Below are positions 58,233 to 64,000 of a stretch of 64,000 nucleotides of DNA, in pieces. A program made the position numbers and the translations under genes. This DNA comes from Octopus vulgaris. Taxonomy: Eukaryota. Position 1 is the stretch's first letter, and each line of letters opens with the position of its first letter. The stretch is from NCBI GenBank assembly GCA_951406725.2, contig OX597842.1, positions 13,144,001 through 13,208,000 on the forward strand, in the 5' to 3' direction. The notes under the pieces were generated by a model, which had not been told where the DNA came from, did no database searches, and saw nothing but the letters and a program-made list of their open reading frames with translations.

Positions 58233-58480
58233 TTATATATATATATGAAAGAACAAGTCAAGATAGAAAATGCTAAAATAATTTTATAAAGAACATTTTA
58301 GTACCGGTTTCAGTCATTTGAGACATTTTCAACTGTAACGATTAAATAATTAGATTTAGAAAAATTAAAAGAAAAGTTTTTTTTAAAAGAATATTTGTAT
58401 AGTGTTCAAATATTAGTGGCATTTTCCTTGTTTCTGCCTTTCTCTATCTCTCTTGTTTACACTTGTGGGTTCGATGTCGT

Positions 58481-58545
<65 letters not shown>

Positions 58546-60183
58546 TTACATAAACATACATATATATATATTTGTGTGTGTGTTTGTATGTATATATGTA
58601 TGAATGTATGAGTGTATGTGTTTTATTATATGTTACCCCAACAATAGATGAAGGTCATTGCTTTAGATTGATGCTAATTTATCTATTATTCTTCACTGTC
58701 GAAATCATTAAAAAATCAAGCAAAATATTAGTCGTGGCGAACAGAGGAATTTCGGTGAATAAAACCTATAAACACTTACACTTGTTCAATTCTGACGTAA
58801 TTGTTCGTGTCGTTAATTACAAGAGTAATTATGACAATCACACCTGGAACACCTGACAACGACATTTACCGAAATGAATAAACATATGTAGATATTAGTG
58901 AGAAATCTGTAACTTTTAAATCGATTGAGCTGACCAGAAAAATGTCTCGTTCAAAAGATGTCAATATTTATTTTGATGTACAAACAAGTGTCATGCTTTA
59001 TCATTTACTCCTTTCGCTTCTGGAAATAAGTACGACTAGTAAATATCTTCGATTCTATCCCGGGTATGTTTCAGGGGTAAACGTAAAGAAAAAATCACTG
59101 CAAGTCTTGCACAATGGCATAAAGACAACAAAAGTTCGCTCTAACTAATCGTTTCGAAAATTACTTGTTACGTCGGGTGAAAGTGGAAAATGAATAACTC
59201 TTAGCTTTTTTCTACAGATGCGATTAGACTAAAACTATTTGCGGGAAGATGAAAGTAATTTGGGGTTTCCCTAATGGCCAACCCTCACAATCTCGTTCTT
59301 TATCCTCCACTTTCACCTTCATACTGTCTTTTACTCTTTTAATTGTTTCTGTCATTTGACTGCGGCCATGCTGGAGCACTGCCTTTAGTGGAGCAAACAC
59401 ACCCCAGGAATTATTCTTTTGTGAGCCTAGTACATATTCTATCGGTTTCTTTTGCCGAACCGCTAAGTTACGAGGACGTAAACACACCAGCATCGGTTGT
59501 CAAACGATGTTGGGGTGGACAAACACAGATACGCAAACATACACACACGCACACACATATATATATATATATATGTATATATACGATGGGCTTCTTTCAG
59601 TTTCCGTCTATCAAATCCACTCACAAGACTTTGGTCGGCCCGAGGCTATAGTAGAAGACACTTGCCTAAGGTGTCACGCAGTGGGAATGAACCTGGAACC
59701 ATGTGATTGGTAAGCAAGCTACTCACCACACAGCCACTCCTACGCCTGGATATATGAATATTATATTTCATCCCCCTTTTATATCAACATGTTGACATCT
59801 CGTTTCAGTTACTTACCCCAGGCCACAATTGAACTCGTCAGCAGAAAATGTGACTGAAATGTTTTAAATACAACAACCGCAGCCAGAAAAACATGAAGTG
59901 CTTCGACTGCCATCCACATCAGAGATGTCATAAGGAAATAGTGTAACAGAACAGCCACGGCCTACAATAAGAACAACAGCAACAATTACAATAATGATTT
60001 GTAACATTGAGATGTATGGCCTCAAATATATATTGTTTTGCAGGGGTGAGGTATATTACAGTTCCAAAATGAAGTTTCAATAAAGAGATGTGTTTCGATA
60101 CGGAAATGAATTTCGATTGATGCATTTGCAAATCCACCAAATCATCGATGTGTAAGGACAACAACAACAACAACAACAACTTC

Positions 60184-60232
<49 letters not shown>

Positions 60233-60838
60233 ATAAAAAAGAAATAATAAAATGCCCCGATGCAGTACCAAACAGTGGCTCTCATGACTTCTGATCTTAA
60301 CTGATTGGAAGTGTTATCATGTACATCGTTTTGTCCTGGTATAAAAGATGAGCTACAGCAAATATTCTGCTCAATACCACAGATTTGCATGTCAGTTGTT
60401 TGACCTTAACCAGTTGACCATGTCCCTTGGTGGCTGACGATATGTGCATCTCTGATGACGAGCAGAAGTAGTGGGTGAGCATCATAACCATGTGTTGAGA
60501 GGGATTGTTTGGGGTTTGAATAATTCACCTCTGGAAACATGGGTGGGTCTTTCAACATCCTTAAACAACCCTTATTCAGGGACCTTTTGAGCTGGATGGG
60601 CTACTCGACTAGAAGAAAATTCTAACAGGGCCCAACCTACAAGGTCATGTGCTGTTTATCTTGATATGAGATCACCATGTCGCACACATATGGTTATGAT
60701 GCATGTGCCTCGCGTACCCTTATCAGACAGGTAGTCATGATAGGTATACTGGGCTTCGTATATTTAACCCCAGTGTCACTTTGGTGGCATGCACTGCTCT
60801 CTCACTCAATAATAATAATAATAATAATAATGATAATA

Positions 60839-60875
<37 letters not shown>

Positions 60876-60879
60876 TGAC

Positions 60880-60920
<41 letters not shown>

Positions 60921-60997
60921 TAATGATAATAATAATAATAATAATAAAAATAAAAATAATGATAATAATAATAATAATGACAGTAAAAATAATAATG

Positions 60998-61053
<56 letters not shown>

Positions 61054-61105
61054 TAAAAAAATAATGATAATAATAATAATAATAATGACAGTAAAAATAA
61101 TAATG

Positions 61106-61153
<48 letters not shown>

Positions 61154-61218
61154 TAAAAATAATGATAATAATAATAATAATGATAATAAAAATAATAATG
61201 ATAATAATAATGATGATA

Positions 61219-61259
<41 letters not shown>

Positions 61260-62043
61260 AATAATAATAATAACAACAACAACAACAACTATGATAATAA
61301 TTTTTTCCGATTTTTTCGACCCCAGTACTCGACTGGTACTTTAATCTACCTTCCCAGAAAGGTGAGAGGCAAAGCTGAACCCCGGAGTAAGAAGTCAACT
61401 TTTCCTTGCATCCCTTCAGGGTCGATAAATTCAATTAGAAGTCAAGTATTGCGGTCCATGGTTTCGACTAACCCCTTCTCCCTAAAAATTGCAGGGCTTG
61501 TACCAAAACATGAAACAACAACTGCAATAATATTTGCTGCTTTATTAGATAGAAAGGGTTCAAACAGATGCAATAAAATTCAAATAATGTTGGACAGAAA
61601 GCTAGCACTGACAAGTGGAGTGGTCTCGATGTTTAATATAAAGGCGACGGGAATTATGGAAAATGTTATAGAAAATACAGTTTGACGAATTAAAATTTGA
61701 TTTCACACTATTTGTCATCATCTGAAAATAAAGCATTGGTCAAATGAAAGAATGCAAGGACGAAAAACGCCAACATTAGATGTAGTATTTATTGACGTTG
61801 AAAGAATTCGAATAGAGCTGCAGCCTGGGCGGTTACTGGATGAAATCTATTTAAGGTTGTTTGTAATATTTCATATAAAACAAAATACATACTACTGGGT
61901 AAAATGTGTTGTCACTTACCTTACAAGCATCTGTTATTTTTGAGGCATACGGTTGCATCCCAACAAGAAAGATCAAATTAGTGATAGCCAAAGAAACGCA
62001 CAAGTTTATTAAAATCTTTGAAGCCATTAATTTCCTTAGATTT
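55026..62043 (-). CDS. Adhesion GPCR gene, inverted paralog copy B (last 5 exons; upstream part beyond the window)
   Basis: Exons 61920-62043, 59817-59961, 58780-58852, 56898-57288 and 55026-55064 have the same lengths as in copy A, intact splice sites and no stops. Confidence 0.92.
56085..56177 (-). ncRNA. Type I hammerhead ribozyme in the last intron of GPCR-B
   Basis: Reverse complement of 35553-35645 with no difference seen. Confidence 0.8.
56898..57288 (-). CDS. aGPCR-B exon, TM5-TM7
   Basis: Match to 34561-34951; overlaps ORF 56760..57242. Confidence 0.93.
58780..58852 (-). CDS. aGPCR-B exon, TM4/ECL2
   Basis: Match to 27816-27888. Confidence 0.88.
59817..59961 (-). CDS. aGPCR-B exon, TM3-TM4
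   Basis: Match to 26701-26845 ([21 protein letters not shown]..). Confidence 0.9.
61920..62043 (-). CDS. aGPCR-B exon, TM2
   Basis: Reverse-complement match to 24545-24668 ([14 protein letters not shown]..). Confidence 0.9.
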
Positions 62044-64000
62044 CTGAAATAATTGAATAAAGAATAATGTCATTTCATTCAATGAAAAAAAAAAGGAAAA
62101 AATAAAACTCTCAGTACATAGATAATAACTACAACTGTGTGTATAGGTGACTTACCAAGCACATGGTTCCGGGTTCAGTCCCACTGCATGGCACCTTGGG
62201 CAAGTGTCTTCTACTATAGACTTGGGCCGACCAAAGCCTTCTGAGTGGATTTGGTAGACGGAAACTGAAAGAAGCTCCTCTTATATATGTAAATGTATGT
62301 GTGTATATATATATATATATGTTTCTATGTGTGTATATAAGTGTGTCTGTGTTTGTCCCCCCAGCATCACTTGACACTCGATGCTGGTGTGTTTACGTCC
62401 CCGTAACTTAGCGGTTCGGCAAAAGAGAGCGATAGAATAACAACTAGGCTTACAAAGAATAAGTCCGGGGGTCAGTTTGCTCCACTAATTGCGGTGCTCC
62501 AGCATGGCCGCAATCAAAATGACTGAAACAAGTATAAGAGTATTAACGTTAAGTTAAATTTATATATTCTTTTATATTTTTACTTCTTTCAGTCCCTTGA
62601 CTGCGGCCATGCTGGAGCCTCATCTTTAGTCGAACAAATCGAGCCTAATACTAAAATTATCGGTCTCCCTTACCGAACCGTTAAGTTACGGGGACATAAA
62701 CACACCAGCATCGATTGTCAAGCGATGGTGGGGGACAAACATACACACACAAACACATACATACATATATACATAAATATAAATCTATGACGGGCTTCTT
62801 TCAGTTGCTCCGACTCTTGCGTCTGCCAAATCCACTCACAAGGCCTTGGCCGACCCGAGGCTACGGTAATTCAATGGAACTGAACCCAGAACCGAGTGGT
62901 TGTGAAGCAAGCTTCTTACCACACAGCCACTCCTGCGCCTATGTGTATATAGTATTTGTATACTCTTTTACTTGTTTCAGTCATTTGACTGCGGCCATGC
63001 AGGAGCACCGCCTTTTGTCGAGCAAATCGACCCCGGGACTTATTCTTTGTAAGCCCAGTACTTATTCTATCGGTCTCTTTTTGCCGAACCGCTAAGTGAC
63101 GGGGATGTAAACACACCAGCATCGGTTGTCAAGCAAACACAGACAAACAGATACATACATATATATATACATATATACGACAGGCTTCTTTCAGTTTCCG
63201 TCTATCAAATCCACTCACAAGGCATTGGTCGGCCCGGGGCTATAGCAGAAGACATTTGCCCAAGATGCCACGCAGTGGAACTGAACCCGGAACCATGTGG
63301 TTGATTAGCAAGCTATTTACCACACAGCCACTCCTGCGTATGTGGAAGTAATTTTAAAATATGCGTATAATGACTCGTATGATGTATAAAAACATTATTT
63401 GTGTATTGCTTCTTTCACTCATAGAGTCGGTTTCATTGGTTAGAATAGGAATTCCTTGCAGTGAAGGAACACGTGATGATACGTTGAACGTAGAATGCAA
63501 CGTTGCACACAAACACATTTACTCTTTACTCCTACTCTTTACTCTTACTCTTTCTTTACTCTTTTACTTATTTCAGCCATTTGACTGCGGCCATGCTGGA
63601 GCACCGCCTTTTAGTCGAGCACATCGACCCCAGGACTTATTCTTTTGTAAGCCTAGCACTTATTCTATCGGCCTCTTTTTGCCGAACCGCTAAGTTACGG
63701 GGACGTAATCACACCAGCATCGGTTGTCAAGCGATGTTGGGGAGGGGGGACAAACACAGACACACAAACACACACATACATATACACACACATATATATA
63801 TATACATACGACAGGCTTCTTTCAGTTTCCGCCTACCAAATCCACTCACAAGGCTTTGTTCGGCCCGAGGTTATAGTAGAAGACATTTGCCCAAGGTGCC
63901 ACGCAGTGGGACTGAACCCGCAATCCATGTAGTTCGTAAACAAGCTACTTACCACACAGCCACTCCTACGCCTATATGTAATATACGTAGTTGGTTCATT

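Larger units (their letters stand above)
52680..64000. repeat. Right arm of the inverted segmental duplication
   Basis: Mirror of 22477-42150, lacking the copy-A insertions at ~28865-33908 and 38040-41099. Confidence 0.92.

Noticed and set aside
58291-58330. Degenerate hammerhead-like remnants (also ~1765-1810, ~1490-1535, ~16560-16595)
   Set aside because: GAAAC plus a palindrome is present, but the CUGANGA core or stem I is broken; at best dead copies.

Overview
AT-rich, microsatellite- and SINE-dense animal genomic DNA; the repeat landscape resembles an octopus or other coleoid cephalopod (inference, not verified). Main content: (1) a spliced adhesion GPCR gene on the + strand. I could join 13 exons (8969-36759, about 667 codons, all GT-AG and phase-consistent) encoding HRM, GAIN/GPS (HL|TSFALLM) and 7TM regions; the N-terminus is not resolved. 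(2) A near-identical inverted paralog on the - strand (last five exons at 55026-62043, continuing past the window end), arranged tail-to-tail across a TE-filled spacer. Most notable: a ~5 kb Penelope-like insertion found only in copy A carries an inverted ~920 bp copy of the gene's own TM3-TM4 exon with flanking introns, plus an inverted terminal repeat that puts a hammerhead ribozyme in the sense strand of the pre-mRNA. Other hammerhead motifs occur in introns, including one retained in the last intron of both paralogs. Also present: a composite tandem Helitron with an empty site in the paralog, a Tx1-like LINE in a (TATC)n tract with a 17-bp TSD, two satellites that appear to have expanded inside retroelements, and mariner, MITE, RTE, CR1 and R4-like remnants. 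Most ORFs in the track, including the longest, are translations of simple repeats. Coordinates and difference counts were read by eye.
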